Shown: positions 41,865 through 53,262 of the stretch, in pieces
How positions within the stretch are numbered: the stretch's first letter is position 1
Layout: each line of letters opens with the position of its first letter
Source: Planctomycetota bacterium
GTDB lineage: Bacteria > Planctomycetota > SZUA-567 > H5-PLA8
Length of the DNA stretch: 64,000 nt
Reading direction: 5' to 3'
NCBI GenBank assembly: GCA_038227875.1
Contig: JBBRPR010000024.1
Span: 56,559 to 120,558 of the forward strand
Made by a program: the position numbers and the translations under genes
Notes under the pieces: model-generated
Databases searched by the model: none
Seen by the model: the letters and a program-made list of their open reading frames with translations, nothing else
Told to the model about the DNA's origin: nothing

Positions 41865-42464
41865 ATGAAACTTAAAACGAAAATTGGGCGTCCGCGGGCG
41901 TTCGACACGGATGAGGCCTTGGAAAGCGCGCTGCAGGTCTTCTGGCGCAAGGGCTACGAAGGGACGTCGCTGACGGACCTGACCGAGGCGATGGGCATCA
42001 ACCGGCCGAGCTTGTACTCCGCGTTCGGCAACAAGGAAGACCTGTTCCGCAAGGCGCTGACGCGCTACGCCGAAGGTTCCGTCTCGTTTGTGCGCAACGC
42101 GCTGGAAGCACCGACCGCGCGCGGCGTCGCGGAAAAATTATTGTACGGCGCGACGGAGATGATGAACGACCCGCGCAACCCGCCGGGCTGCCTGATGGTC
42201 CAGGGCGCGTTGTCGTGCAGCGAAACGGCCGAACCGATCCGCCAGGAGCTCGCCGCGCGCCGCGCCGCCGGCCAGGCCAAAATCCGCGAACGCTTCGAGC
42301 GCGCGAAAAAAGAAGGCGACCTCCCCGCCGACGCCAACCCCGCCGACCTGGCGCGCTTCGTCTCGACGGTGATGCAGGGCATGTCAGTGCAAGCCAGCGG
42401 CGGCGCCACGCACGCAGAATTGCGGCGGGTGGTGCAGTTGGCGTTAAGGGTGTTTCCGGGGTAG
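41865..42464 (+). CDS. TetR/AcrR family regulator
   Basis: GRPRAFD...FWRKGYEGTS..DL...MGINRPSLYSAFGNKEDLF; PGCL. Confidence 0.93.
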   Translation: MKLKTKIGRPRAFDTDEALESALQVFWRKGYEGTSLTDLTEAMGINRPSLYSAFGNKEDLFRKALTRYAEGSVSFVRNALEAPTARGVAEKLLYGATEMMNDPRNPPGCLMVQGALSCSETAEPIRQELAARRAAGQAKIRERFERAKKEGDLPADANPADLARFVSTVMQGMSVQASGGATHAELRRVVQLALRVFPG

Positions 42465-42477
42465 GGGCGTGGCTTGA

Positions 42478-43866
42478 CTATTTGCCATTAAAGTAGCAGT
42501 GCCATTTCGTTACTGATTCGCCGGATTGGGCAATAAACGTTTCAATGAATTCACCGCTGCTCTGATTACTCACGAGAACAACATTTCCATTTTGGCGAAG
42601 GAGATGCGATCGTTGTTCGTATTCAGAGTGGCTAACAGAAATTCCCGTTGGTTTAGCTTTCCAGGCGATCTCGCCATTCAATTTCAGGCATTTCAATCCT
42701 ACGTCGCAGGCCATGGAATCGTATTCACAAAGAAACAACCGACTATCCTCAATCAGCAAATCAATGCCGTCCTTTTCATATTTACATGACCATTCTGCAT
42801 TCCATCCAACAGGATTTAATGCTAACAGGTCTCCTCCTTGAAAGGAGCCATTACCCTTTGCCAGGAATAATGTGTGTGCTGAGCCAACGGCAGCCGCGGC
42901 AAGGCATCCTACCGTACCAAATAATTTCGAGCCCGAATCTTGATCAAAAACTTCAATGTGACCCAGTTCCGGAGTCCACCCGCCTATTATGACATACGGA
43001 TTCGCCACCATCAGAGACATGCGATCCGGGCTATCGACGGGGCGCACGGTCCAAAGCACCTTTCCGTCGGCCGGTCGAAGGCGCGAAAGCCCTTTGTCAG
43101 ACAGGATGAGAATATCTCCACCAGCAAGCTGGCTGGCTTGGAAGCATCCGCCTCCAATATCCCATCGCTTCTTGCCATTCGAAAGTTCGTAGTAGTTGCA
43201 CTTTTTCCGATCGTACACGAACAAACCGTCTTCAGCCGCGAGGACGGTGGGGTATTCACAACCGTCCTCGTGCAAAGTTGCCGTCCACACCTCTTTTCCT
43301 GAAGTCAAATTGTACGCACGGATGTTTGTCGCTGAAATTGTGAAGCATTGCTGCGACGTTGCACACAGGGCCCGAGTCCCCTTGACGGATTCGGGCGTCT
43401 CCGGTGCATTGGCCTTCCAGATGACATTTCCGTCCTTGAGTGTCAGTCTTTCTATTTTTCCATCTGCATCCAGTACGATGACATCGTGGCCCACGACCAC
43501 CGATGTAACGGTCCAGTAATCATTGAGAGTCTTATAGGTCCAATTTGTCTGGCCCGTGAGCGTGTTTACGGAAGATTTTCCAGACCAGACCACCCAATCC
43601 CACCAGCGAATTCGCGTGATTACCGAAGTGAGGCGTTGTTGAATTTCAGGATCTTTTGAATTCGCCCGTGCCATTTCAAGACTGGGCAAATTCGCCTCGC
43701 CCGCAACAATCAATTTATCTTCAGCCTGTTTTCGATGGTCCATGTCCTCATCGCCAAGCTGCTGAACTAAATCGGCAAGCGCGTGAGGATCAAACAGCGA
43801 CTCCGCGCGAGCGGTTAGTGGCGCCACGCACTAGCCGCAAAGGAGAAGGAAAGTTGTGGGCTTCAC
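42478..43866 (-). pseudogene. PQQ-like beta-propeller protein with N-terminal HEAT-like domain; in-frame TAG in the signal peptide
   Basis: G...W blade repeats; upstream frame reads MKPTTFLLLCG*CVAPLTARA; lower GC. Confidence 0.6.
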
Positions 43867-44084
43867 AGGAATATTGCTCCGTGTGGCAGATGACTCAAAC
43901 TATTTAAAGATAACCGATCTGAGTCATGGGTCACGATGAATCGTGTAATGTTGCCCTAGTTCTTTTGGTGGATTGATTCGCGCCTAAAACATGCGCTAGA
44001 GCCATCCGTCATAGGCTTGGATTGTAACTGGATTGGAACATTATCATGAGGCCCATGCGCCGCTTCCAGACCGGGACAAGTTCT

Positions 44085-45146
44085 TTACGGCGCCACCGCG
44101 CTCGCCGCCGGTTTGCGCCGTTCGCTGGGGATGATCCAGCGCAGGTTTTCGGGGACGCGGCTTTTCAGGGTGCTGCCCAGGGTGTCCACGCGCTTCTGTA
44201 ACTTGATGCCGATGAAGATCACCGCAATGCCGATGAACGACAACGCAAACGGAAAGAGCAGCGAGCCCTCGAAGACGCTCCACGCCAGATGCCCGAGGTA
44301 GCCCATCACGCCAAACGAACCGAAGACCAGAAAGATGCGGCGGCTGAGCAGCACGGCGCAGAAGATCAGGCCGAGGTTGATCAGCAGGTAAAAGAATTTG
44401 TTCAATTCGCTGTTGGAATTCATCAGCGTCAGGCCGAACCAGAACGCGAGCATGCCGAAAAAGTAGCCCCAGAAACTGTAGTCCTCATCGGTGCGGCAAT
44501 CGACCAGGTAGGAGCCCAGCAGCATCAGCAGGCCAACGAGCACCGAGACCCAGAGACGCTGTTCGTATTCGAAGGTGCCGCCGGTGAGCAGCGGGGCGAG
44601 GTCCATCGACAGGTACCAGCACGAAAAGGCGATCGGCGCGGTGAGAAATGGAAAGCGAATGTAGAGCAGCATGCCCAGCCCCGCGGCGATCGTGGCGGCT
44701 TCCATCAGGATCCACGCACCGTTGACGTAGCGGTGAAAATCCTGGTAGGAGCCGGGCGAGCCTTCCGGCCACAACCCCGTGGCGCGTTCCAGGCCGTAGA
44801 TGATCAGCGGCGTCATCGAGACGGCGATGGTGTAGAGCAGTCCGCCGGGGATGCGCTGCTTGTCTTTAAACCAGAGCTTCGCGCCGGCAAGAATGAAGGC
44901 GATGGCGTAGGCGAGAGCCACGGTGAAAATGCCCCAGCCACCGAGCGTTTCGATGGCCAGCGTCATGAACCAGCCCATCGACGAGATCACCAGCATCGCG
45001 CCGAAGTAGTAGGCGATGTGGACGGCGGTGAAGTGGGGCTTGTCCTTGAAGCGCACTTCCAGCGCGTTCCAAAGCTGAGCGGACTGCTCGGTCGTGATGA
45101 CGCCCTTCTCAGCGGCCCAGTCGAGGTCGGACTTGGAGATATCCAT
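44085..45146 (-). CDS. Multi-pass membrane protein (DUF2157-like)
   Basis: N-terminal W...GVIT.EQ...L motif followed by ~10 TM helices. Confidence 0.65.
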   Translation of the reverse strand: MDISKSDLDWAAEKGVITTEQSAQLWNALEVRFKDKPHFTAVHIAYYFGAMLVISSMGWFMTLAIETLGGWGIFTVALAYAIAFILAGAKLWFKDKQRIPGGLLYTIAVSMTPLIIYGLERATGLWPEGSPGSYQDFHRYVNGAWILMEAATIAAGLGMLLYIRFPFLTAPIAFSCWYLSMDLAPLLTGGTFEYEQRLWVSVLVGLLMLLGSYLVDCRTDEDYSFWGYFFGMLAFWFGLTLMNSNSELNKFFYLLINLGLIFCAVLLSRRIFLVFGSFGVMGYLGHLAWSVFEGSLLFPFALSFIGIAVIFIGIKLQKRVDTLGSTLKSRVPENLRWIIPSERRKPAASAVAP

Positions 45147-45325
45147 AGAAGCGGCTCCGAATCAATTTGGATGTTCCTATCATAACGGAATTCGGATGGA
45201 GAAAATGGTGTTCCCGGTTAATTCTGCTATTGGTGGAATCAATAGTTAAAAAATCCTGCCTGCGCATTTTGTTTTCCCGCATTCGCAGGTTAAATTGACA
45301 CTAAGTACAGGGGAGAAGAATCGAC

Positions 45326-46270
45326 ATGCCGACCACACTTGCGCAGGACCTGGCGCTCTACGAAGAGATCGCGGAGCTGAAAAAACAGCGGCAGGCTGTG
45401 CTGCTGGCGCACTATTACCAGGAGGGCGTGATCCAGGAGATGGCCGACATCACCGGCGATTCCCTGAAGCTCGCGCGCGAAGCGGTCAAGGTGACGGCTC
45501 CGGTCATCGTTTTCTGCGGCGTCCACTTCATGGCGGAGACGGCGAAGATTTTGAATCCCGAAAAAACCGTGCTGCTCCCGGACATGACGGCCGGCTGCAG
45601 TCTCGCCGATTCCTGCCCCGCGCCGGCGCTGAAAAAATTCCAGGATGAACTCCGCGCCAAGGGCATCAAGTTTCAGACGGTGACCTACATCAATTCCACG
45701 GCGGCGGTGAAGGCGCTCTCCGACTGGATCGTCACCAGCGGCAACGCGCGCGAGATCATCGACCGCGTGCCGAAGGACTACCAGATCCTCTTCACGCCCG
45801 ACGAGCACCTCGGCCGCTACCTGATGGAAGAGACCAAGCGCCCCTTCATTCTCTGGAAGGGTTCGTGCATGGTCCACGAACAGTTTTCGATTCTCGATCT
45901 CGTGAAAATGCAGAAGCAGTACCCGCAGTCGATCACCATCGCGCACCCCGAATGCCCGCAGAACATGCTGGCGCACGCGCAGTTCACCGGCGGCACGGAA
46001 GGCATGCTGAAATTCGTCGGCGGCAAACCGCAACCGACGACGTTCCTCGTCGCGACGGAAGTGAACATGATCTGGCAGTTCCAGCACCGCTTCCCGCAGC
46101 ACACATTTTTGCCGGTGCCTGGCGTTGCGTGCGCGTGCAACGCGTGTCCGCACATGGCCAAGAACACCGTCCAGAAAATTCGCGATTGTCTGCGCGACAT
46201 GAAGCCGGAGATCCAGTGGGCGCCGGAGTTCGACGCCGCTCGCGATGTCATCCGCAAGAGTCTCCTCTAA
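45326..46270 (+). CDS. nadA: Quinolinate synthase
   Basis: [41 protein letters not shown]. Confidence 0.95.
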   Translation: MPTTLAQDLALYEEIAELKKQRQAVLLAHYYQEGVIQEMADITGDSLKLAREAVKVTAPVIVFCGVHFMAETAKILNPEKTVLLPDMTAGCSLADSCPAPALKKFQDELRAKGIKFQTVTYINSTAAVKALSDWIVTSGNAREIIDRVPKDYQILFTPDEHLGRYLMEETKRPFILWKGSCMVHEQFSILDLVKMQKQYPQSITIAHPECPQNMLAHAQFTGGTEGMLKFVGGKPQPTTFLVATEVNMIWQFQHRFPQHTFLPVPGVACACNACPHMAKNTVQKIRDCLRDMKPEIQWAPEFDAARDVIRKSLL

Positions 46271-46303
46271 ATAAGGAAGCACTTTACCCACACACCCGCG
46301 ACC

Positions 46304-47332
46304 ATGGCACTCGTTGACATCTGGGATTACGTCCGCGCTTCCGGCGACCGCCGCTTGCGCAAGCAGGGGTACGTTGGCGCGGGCATGGGCCTGCTCGAAC
46401 GCTACCGCAGCGTGCCCGGATTCTGGGGTCCGCACCTCGAACGCAACCGCGCGAACTTGAAGCATATTGCCCATCAGCTGGGCGAAACGCGCGCGGGCAC
46501 GCTGCTGATTCTCGGCGCCGGGCGACTGCTGGACGTGCCCTGGGAGGAGCTCTTTCCGCGCTTTGTACGCGTGGTCCTCGCCGACGCCGACTTCGGTCTC
46601 GTCCCGTACGTCGAACGGATCGTCGCCGCCGCGAAACTTCCCGCAATCCCGCAGCTAGAATTTGCCATCGGCGACCTGACCGACACGGTCGTCGACGTCG
46701 CTGCGTGGGCCGAACACACGATTAGCTCCGCGCAGACGCCGGCCAGTGCGGCTCAAGCGCTGGGAACCGGCTTCGATTCGGTCATTCCGCATCAGGCCAA
46801 GTGGACGCGCGCGTACGCGGACCTGCGCGCGGTGGTCTCGACGAACTTGATCAGCCAACTCGGGTATTTTCCGCGCCTGCACGTCCAGACGGAATTCCGC
46901 AAGCGTTTCAATTCCAAATTTCAGGACCATCCAGCCGCCGCGCAGTGTTTCGAAAACTATTTCAACCGGGTCCGCGCGCGCCACATGCTCGACATGGCGC
47001 AGCAGAAAAAAGCGTGGATCTACGTGGCGTCGGACATCAACGTCCAGGTCTACCAGCTCAACCCCGACCGCAAAATCCTCACCGAACCCGTCCCGCCCGA
47101 CGCCGGCGTGAAGCTCGACGAGACCGGCAAGCTCCAGTTCCATTGGCCCGTCGACATCTTAGATGTGAGCGACCCGATCAACGGTCAGAAGATCCGGGAA
47201 CTCTGGCCCAGCGGCGAGAAGCTACTGCCGCGGCAAAGCTGGGTCTGGCACATCGTCCCGCAGGGGGCGGAGAAGAAGTATTTGGATCGCGGGCGGGTGC
47301 ATGTGGTGGAGGCGTGGACGCGGGGCGTATAA
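46304..47332 (+). CDS. Hypothetical protein, possible SAM-dependent methyltransferase fold
   Basis: LLILGAGRLLDVP...VVLAD...GDLT...STNLISQL. Confidence 0.5.
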   Translation: MALVDIWDYVRASGDRRLRKQGYVGAGMGLLERYRSVPGFWGPHLERNRANLKHIAHQLGETRAGTLLILGAGRLLDVPWEELFPRFVRVVLADADFGLVPYVERIVAAAKLPAIPQLEFAIGDLTDTVVDVAAWAEHTISSAQTPASAAQALGTGFDSVIPHQAKWTRAYADLRAVVSTNLISQLGYFPRLHVQTEFRKRFNSKFQDHPAAAQCFENYFNRVRARHMLDMAQQKKAWIYVASDINVQVYQLNPDRKILTEPVPPDAGVKLDETGKLQFHWPVDILDVSDPINGQKIRELWPSGEKLLPRQSWVWHIVPQGAEKKYLDRGRVHVVEAWTRGV

Positions 47333-47352
47333 AGCTTCTCGCAAAGACGGCG

Positions 47353-47520
47353 GTTTCTAATCTCACGCAAAGCCGCAAAGTCGCAAAGAACGGAAAACAG
47401 CAAACGGCTTTGAAAGAGAGTTGAATGCGATTTTCCGCCCGCAAAACATCCCGCTGTCACAAAACTCTCAGCAGTTGCCGTTCTTTGCGTCTTTGCGGCT
47501 TTGCGTGAGATTTAGAAAAC
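47353..47520. repeat. Inverted nonamer-repeat hairpin element
   Basis: tctcacgcaaagccgcaaagtcgcaaagaacgg / ccgttctttgcgtctttgcggctttgcgtgaga; half copy at ~53184-53220. Confidence 0.8.
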
Positions 47521-48945
47521 TCACTCGTCCCAGGAACCGTGGTAAGGCTCGCCGAGCAACTGCAGGATGTCGTGCAGATCGTTCTTCACCTGCACAGGCT
47601 TGTTCGCGTAGGCGTTGGTTTTGACGCCGAACTCGCGGTATTCGTGGCGGAGGTCGGCGGCGTCGAGACTGTGGTAGTCGACGGTCTGCTGCGGTGCCTT
47701 GAGCTGATGGCCGGTGATGATGCAGACGACGCGGTCTGACTTTCCGATCGTGCCGTCTTCGATCAGCTTTTTCGTGCCGGCGACGCTCGCGGCGCTGGCG
47801 GGTTCGCAGCCAAGTCCGCCGCGGCCGATCACGGCTTTGGCGTCCATAATCTCCTGGTCGGTGACTTCGCGCACGACGCCGTTGAGCCAATCGAGCGCGC
47901 GGAGCGCCTTGGTCAGGTTGACGGGACGGTTGATTTCAATCGCGCTGGCGATCGTGTTCGCGTCGCGGTGGTCGGCGTCCATCTGCTGATAGAAGGTGTC
48001 GATCTTCTGCTGATCGTACTTGCCGCCGTTCCAGCGCAGGTTTTGGCCGTTGTAGAGCTGATGCAGCGTATTCGCTCCGGCCGCGTTAATCACCGCCAGG
48101 CGCGGCAGCTTGGAGATCAGGCCGAGATTTTTGAGCTCGAAAAACGCTTTGCCGAAGGCCGACGAGTTGCCGAGATTGCCGCCGGGCACGACGATCCAGT
48201 CGGGAACTTCCCAACTGAGCGCCTCAAGGATGCGCAGCATGATCGTCTTCTGGCCTTCGAGACGGAACGGGTTGACGGAGTTGAGCAGGTAGACGCCGAG
48301 CTTCTTGCTGACTTCGCGGACCTGTTTCATCGCGTCGTCGAAGTGGCCCATGATCTGGATGGTGCGCGAACCGTAATCGAGCCCCTGCGACAATTTGCCC
48401 ATGGCGATGCGGCCGGAGCCGACGAAGACGATCGCTTCCATGCGGTGGCCGACGTCGTCGTAGGAAGACGCCGCGTACGCCGCGAGACTCGACGAGGTAT
48501 TTCCCGTGCTCGCGCAGGCGACTTTTTTCGCGCCGACCATGCGCGCGTGAGTAAAGCCGGCAGTCATCCCGTTGTCTTTAAACGAGCCGGACGGATTCAA
48601 GCCCTCGTACTGCAGGTGGACCTGCTTCAATCCCGTATAGCGTGCGACTTCCGGTTCGGAACGGAGCAGCGTCTGGCCTTCGCCGATGGTCAGGACTTTT
48701 GCGTCGGGGGCGTAGTTCAAGAGTTCCTTGAAGCGCCAGACGCCGGAGAAGTGGAGCGGATTGCGCCGCGTGGCCCACTTCTTTTCAAATTCGGCAAGCG
48801 ACTTGGGCACCGCGACGCGGTTCCAGTCGTAGGAGATATCCAGCAAGCTGCCGCACTTTTTACACGCCGTGAGGATCTCCTCAACGCCGAAAGTCGCCGC
48901 GCAGGTTGGGTTGATGCACTGTTGGAAGGCCAGTTCTGAGCTCAT
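47521..48945 (-). CDS. thrC: Threonine synthase
   Basis: [13 protein letters not shown] (PLP lysine), [26 protein letters not shown]. Confidence 0.92.
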   Translation of the reverse strand: MSSELAFQQCINPTCAATFGVEEILTACKKCGSLLDISYDWNRVAVPKSLAEFEKKWATRRNPLHFSGVWRFKELLNYAPDAKVLTIGEGQTLLRSEPEVARYTGLKQVHLQYEGLNPSGSFKDNGMTAGFTHARMVGAKKVACASTGNTSSSLAAYAASSYDDVGHRMEAIVFVGSGRIAMGKLSQGLDYGSRTIQIMGHFDDAMKQVREVSKKLGVYLLNSVNPFRLEGQKTIMLRILEALSWEVPDWIVVPGGNLGNSSAFGKAFFELKNLGLISKLPRLAVINAAGANTLHQLYNGQNLRWNGGKYDQQKIDTFYQQMDADHRDANTIASAIEINRPVNLTKALRALDWLNGVVREVTDQEIMDAKAVIGRGGLGCEPASAASVAGTKKLIEDGTIGKSDRVVCIITGHQLKAPQQTVDYHSLDAADLRHEYREFGVKTNAYANKPVQVKNDLHDILQLLGEPYHGSWDE

Positions 48946-49308
48946 GCGGCGCATTGTAATGGAGGGGCGCGGAGTTTCGAGTGACGACGGGGGGTGAATT
49001 CAAAATTCAAAATTATGAATTTTGAATTCCGCACCACATTGCGCGGCGCTCGGACGCCCGGCGTATAACACTTCCCGCACAATTCCGTCTTCAGGGTCAA
49101 ATTTTGACTCGTGTTTCACCTTGCGCAGGACGATACAAAACCGATGATGGGCTCTTCGGCTCGTGCAGCGCTGACGACATAACATTGCACCTTTGTCTGT
49201 ATCGGGTGCTTAGAGTGTCGTCGGTAGCATTTGTCGATGGATTGCCTTAGTCGTACGTGACTAGGGTTCCGCGGGTTGGGGGGGAGCCCATACCGGGGAA
49301 TACGGGGG

Positions 49309-52300
49309 ATGCATTTAAAGCGGTTGGAGGCTTTCGGCTTCAAGTCGTTTGCCGATAAAGTCGTATTTGATTTCGAACCAGGCGTCACGGGACTCGTCGG
49401 GCCCAACGGCTGCGGCAAGTCCAATGTCGTCGACGCGGTCAAGTGGGTGCTCGGCGAGCAGTCCGCCAAGTCGCTGCGCGGCGGCGAGATGCTCGACGTT
49501 ATCTTCAATGGTTCCGGCCATCGCAAGCCGCTGAACTTCTGCGAAGTCTCGCTGACGTTCGACAACGCCTCCAACAAACTCCCGCTCAATTCGCCGGAAG
49601 TGTCCGTCACGCGACGCCTCTACCGCACTGGCGAAAGCGAATACCTGATCAACAAGGCGCTCTGCCGCCTGCGCGATATCCGTGAGCTGTTCTGGGACAC
49701 GGGCATCGGCACCTCCAGCTACTCAATCATCGAACAGGGGCGCATCTCCGCGCTGCTGGAAGCCAACAGCAAAGACCGCCGCATCCTCTTTGAAGAAGCG
49801 GCCGGCATTCACAAATACAAGGAACGAAAGCGCATCGCGCTGCGCAAGTTGGAGCGCGTCGAACAGAATCTCGCGCGCCTCAACGACCTGCTCGGCGAAG
49901 TCGAACGCAATTTGAAGAGCGTCACGCGCCAGGCGGAAAAAGCACGCAAGGCGAAGGAAGTCACCGACGCGCTGCGCCAGGCGAAGCTCGATATTCTCCT
50001 GCATGATGCGTTCGCGAGCGAAGCGGCGCTGCGGGAAGCGGCGGCGAGCCTGGAGATGGCGTCCAGCCGCGTCGCACAGTTGAGCGTGGAACTCTCGGAA
50101 GCGCAAGTCTTCACCGCGCAGCAGCAGCACACGCTGGAACAGCTCGACATCCGGCTCTCGGACGCGCAGCACCAGTTGTCGGAAGCGCGCGGACGCGTGC
50201 AACGGTTGGAAGCAGAGATCGAAGCGGATCGCCGCACGATCGACGAACTCGGTACGGAAATCGATCGCGCTAACGGAGCAGGCGCGGCGGCGGGCGACCG
50301 GGCGGCGGCGATTTCGGCCGAGCGCGAGCGCGCGGAATTGGATGCGCAGCGCGCGGAGACGAACTTCACCGAACGGACCGCGCAGGTCGCGGAGCTTTCC
50401 AAGTCGGTTTCCGACGAGCAGGAAGCGCGCGAAGTGGCTGCGCGGGCGCTGGAAGAAGCGCGCAAGGCGGCGCTCAACGCGCTGGGCCGGCGCACGCAGT
50501 TGCAGGACACGCTGACGCGCAGCGAAGCGGAGCTCAGCAGTCTGGAGTACCGCGTCCGCCGCAGTCACGCGCAGATGACCAAGGCCGAAGACCAGTTGCG
50601 CTTTGCTCAGGAAGAATCCGACGAAGTGAAGCGGCGCATGGCGCACGTTCAGCGCCGCCGCGAAACGCTCGAAACCGAACGCATGGGACTGCACGCGCTG
50701 CAGTCGCGGACGGACGAGGAAATTCAGCGGCTCTCGCGCACGGCGCAGGAACTGCACCGTGAAATGGAAAACCGGCGCTCGCGGTTGACGGCGCTGGAAG
50801 GGCTGCGCGAAAGCGGTGAAGGCCTCTCGGCCGGCGCGCGGGCAGTGCTAACGACGTTGCGCGTCGAGATGGATCTGAGCGCCGACGTGCACGGCCTCGC
50901 GGCCGATTGCCTCAGCGTCGATCCGCGGCTGGAAAAAGCGATCGAAGCGGCGCTCGGCACGCACATCGAAACGATTATCGTCGACTCGGCGCGCGCGGCG
51001 AAGATGCTCGCGGCACGGCTGGCCGAACAGGAACTGGGCCGCGCGATGTTCCTCCCGCTGGACCGCGCGGAGGCGGCGATGATGTCGCGGCTGCCGCAGC
51101 CGATCCCGGGCGGCGAGAACTCCGGCTGCCTGGGTTGCGCGGCGGATCTGATCTCGTGCGACGACCGCTACCGCTCCGTGGCGCAGGCGCTGCTGGGCAA
51201 CGTGCTGGTTTACGACAACGAACAGAACGCGGCCGATGCGTTTGCGGCCGATAAGGGCTCCAGCGGCTGGACGCGCGTGAGCTTGAATGGCGATCTGTAC
51301 GAGAACAACGGCGCGATCGGCGGCGGACGGCACAAGCCGCAGCGGCTGGGCCTGATCGGCCGGAAGAACGAAATTGCGCGACTGGGCGTCCAGATGGACG
51401 AGCTGCGCATGCAGATCGAAGCGCTCGCCGAACGGACGGGCTTCATGGAAAAGCGCGCGCAGAAGATCGCGCGCGACGAAGAGCGGCTGTCGGGCGACAT
51501 CTCGGCGCTGGCGATCACGTTCACCGAACTGAAGGGCATGCTGGCGGCGATCGAACGCGAAGAATCGCGCAGCACCGAAGAGAAGAACCTCGCCGTCCAG
51601 GAAATTCACGAACTGGAAGCGGAGCGGACGGCGCATCTCAACCGCGTCACCGAACTGCGCACGCAGCTGGACGAATGCAAGCACCGCGAAAGCGAATCGG
51701 CGGCGCTGGCGCAGAACTTGGAAGCCAATCACGCCAAGCACGAAGTTGTGCTCTCGCAGTTGCGCGAGGAACTGGCGGAGCTCGAACGGGATGCGGCGAC
51801 GTGGCGCGAACGCGTCAACGCGCTGACGCGCGAAGCGCAGTCGCTGTCGGCGCAATGGGCCGAAAAGCGCGACGAAGCCGAACGCGAACGCAGCCGCGCT
51901 CAGGCGCTGGAAGAACGCCGCGGCATTGCGGCCGGAACGCTGGCGGAGAAGGACCGCTCACGCGCGGAGCACGGCGAATTGATCGGCGTGCTGGCCGCGC
52001 AGACCGACGCGTTGCTGCAGCAGAAGGAAGAAGCGCGGACGGCGTGCGATCAGGCGCGCGGCCGCGAACGGGAAATCGCGACCGAGCAGGAAAAGTGCCG
52101 CGAGGAACTGTCTCAAGTGCGCGAGCGCGAAGTGAATCTGCGCGTGCGTCTCGAGAGCAAGCTCGAGCAGGCGCGCAGCGAATTCCAGCTCGACGCGCTG
52201 GCCGAACTGGCCTTGCGCGGCGGCCCGCCGGAAGTCGCACCGGAAGCGCAGGAGGCCGTCCGGCAGCTCGAGGAAAAACTCGCGCGGCTGGGACCGGTCA

Positions 52301-53055
52301 ACATGTACGCGCTGGAAGAGCAGCAGGAACTGGAGAAGCGCCACAGCTTCCTCAAGGTTCAGTCGGAAGACTTGGAATCGGCGCGCGCCAGCTTGCGCGA
52401 CGTGATTGCGCGCATCAACCGGCGCAGCCGCGGCTTGTTCCAGGAAACGTTCGACGCGGTCAAGACGCACTTCAACGAAATCTTCCGCAAGCTCTTCGGC
52501 GGCGGCAAGGCCGACCTGGTGCTGGAGCAGGGCGAAGACATCCTCGAGGCCGGCATCGAAATCCTGGCGCGCCCTCCGGGCAAGGAGCCGCGCAACATTT
52601 CGCTGCTCAGCGGCGGTGAAAAGACGATGACGATGATCGCGCTGCTCTTCGCGGTTTTCCGCTCACGCCCCGCGCCGTTCTGTATCCTGGACGAAGTCGA
52701 CGCGCCGCTGGACGAAGCCAACGTCGATCGCTTCAACATGATCGTGCGCGAGTTCATGGACTTGAGCCAGTTCGTGATCGTCACGCACAACAAGAAGACG
52801 ATGAGCTACGCGCATGTTCTTTACGGCGTGACAATGCCGGAACAGGGCGTGAGCAAGCGCATCGCGATCAAGTTCGAGGAAATCGAACGGCACCTGCCGA
52901 TGGACGAGATCGAAAAGCAGGCCGCCGCCGCGCGCCGCGAAGCGCAGTTGCACGCCAACGACGCGAAGCCGGTGGAAGAAGTCAAACCCACGGAAGAAGC
53001 GCCGGCGGAGCTGCCTCAGCCCGTGGAACAACCGAAGCAGGAAGCGGACGCGTAA
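49309..53055 (+). CDS. smc: Chromosome partition protein SMC
   Basis: GFKSF, GPNGCGKSN, coiled coils, hinge GRAMFLPL, LSGGEK, LDEVDAPLD. Confidence 0.96.
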   Translation: MHLKRLEAFGFKSFADKVVFDFEPGVTGLVGPNGCGKSNVVDAVKWVLGEQSAKSLRGGEMLDVIFNGSGHRKPLNFCEVSLTFDNASNKLPLNSPEVSVTRRLYRTGESEYLINKALCRLRDIRELFWDTGIGTSSYSIIEQGRISALLEANSKDRRILFEEAAGIHKYKERKRIALRKLERVEQNLARLNDLLGEVERNLKSVTRQAEKARKAKEVTDALRQAKLDILLHDAFASEAALREAAASLEMASSRVAQLSVELSEAQVFTAQQQHTLEQLDIRLSDAQHQLSEARGRVQRLEAEIEADRRTIDELGTEIDRANGAGAAAGDRAAAISAERERAELDAQRAETNFTERTAQVAELSKSVSDEQEAREVAARALEEARKAALNALGRRTQLQDTLTRSEAELSSLEYRVRRSHAQMTKAEDQLRFAQEESDEVKRRMAHVQRRRETLETERMGLHALQSRTDEEIQRLSRTAQELHREMENRRSRLTALEGLRESGEGLSAGARAVLTTLRVEMDLSADVHGLAADCLSVDPRLEKAIEAALGTHIETIIVDSARAAKMLAARLAEQELGRAMFLPLDRAEAAMMSRLPQPIPGGENSGCLGCAADLISCDDRYRSVAQALLGNVLVYDNEQNAADAFAADKGSSGWTRVSLNGDLYENNGAIGGGRHKPQRLGLIGRKNEIARLGVQMDELRMQIEALAERTGFMEKRAQKIARDEERLSGDISALAITFTELKGMLAAIEREESRSTEEKNLAVQEIHELEAERTAHLNRVTELRTQLDECKHRESESAALAQNLEANHAKHEVVLSQLREELAELERDAATWRERVNALTREAQSLSAQWAEKRDEAERERSRAQALEERRGIAAGTLAEKDRSRAEHGELIGVLAAQTDALLQQKEEARTACDQARGREREIATEQEKCREELSQVREREVNLRVRLESKLEQARSEFQLDALAELALRGGPPEVAPEAQEAVRQLEEKLARLGPVNMYALEEQQELEKRHSFLKVQSEDLESARASLRDVIARINRRSRGLFQETFDAVKTHFNEIFRKLFGGGKADLVLEQGEDILEAGIEILARPPGKEPRNISLLSGGEKTMTMIALLFAVFRSRPAPFCILDEVDAPLDEANVDRFNMIVREFMDLSQFVIVTHNKKTMSYAHVLYGVTMPEQGVSKRIAIKFEEIERHLPMDEIEKQAAAARREAQLHANDAKPVEEVKPTEEAPAELPQPVEQPKQEADA

Positions 53056-53078
53056 AGCACCGCGGGAATCGGAAATCC

Positions 53079-53116
53079 AAGAAGGGCGACATCCAAAAGA
53101 TGTCGCCCTTCTTTAT
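53079..53116 (+). terminator. Intrinsic terminator after smc
   Basis: aagaagggcgacatc-caaaa-gatgtcgcccttcttt. Confidence 0.65.
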
Positions 53117-53262
53117 ATCCAACTGACCTGGTATTAAATTTAATACGAGGTTACGTCGATAGACGAAGTGGGCAATTCCCGAGCCGTTCTTAGCGGCTTC
53201 GCGGCTTTGCGTGAGATCAGAACCCACTCGACTTTACCCGCGTCATCCCTTTCAATACGTCC

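Noticed and set aside
43831..43833. Pyrrolysine or stop-codon reassignment
   Set aside because: TAG serves as a normal stop in several genes here (rpmF, TetR, dppC-type permease) and no pyl genes are visible.
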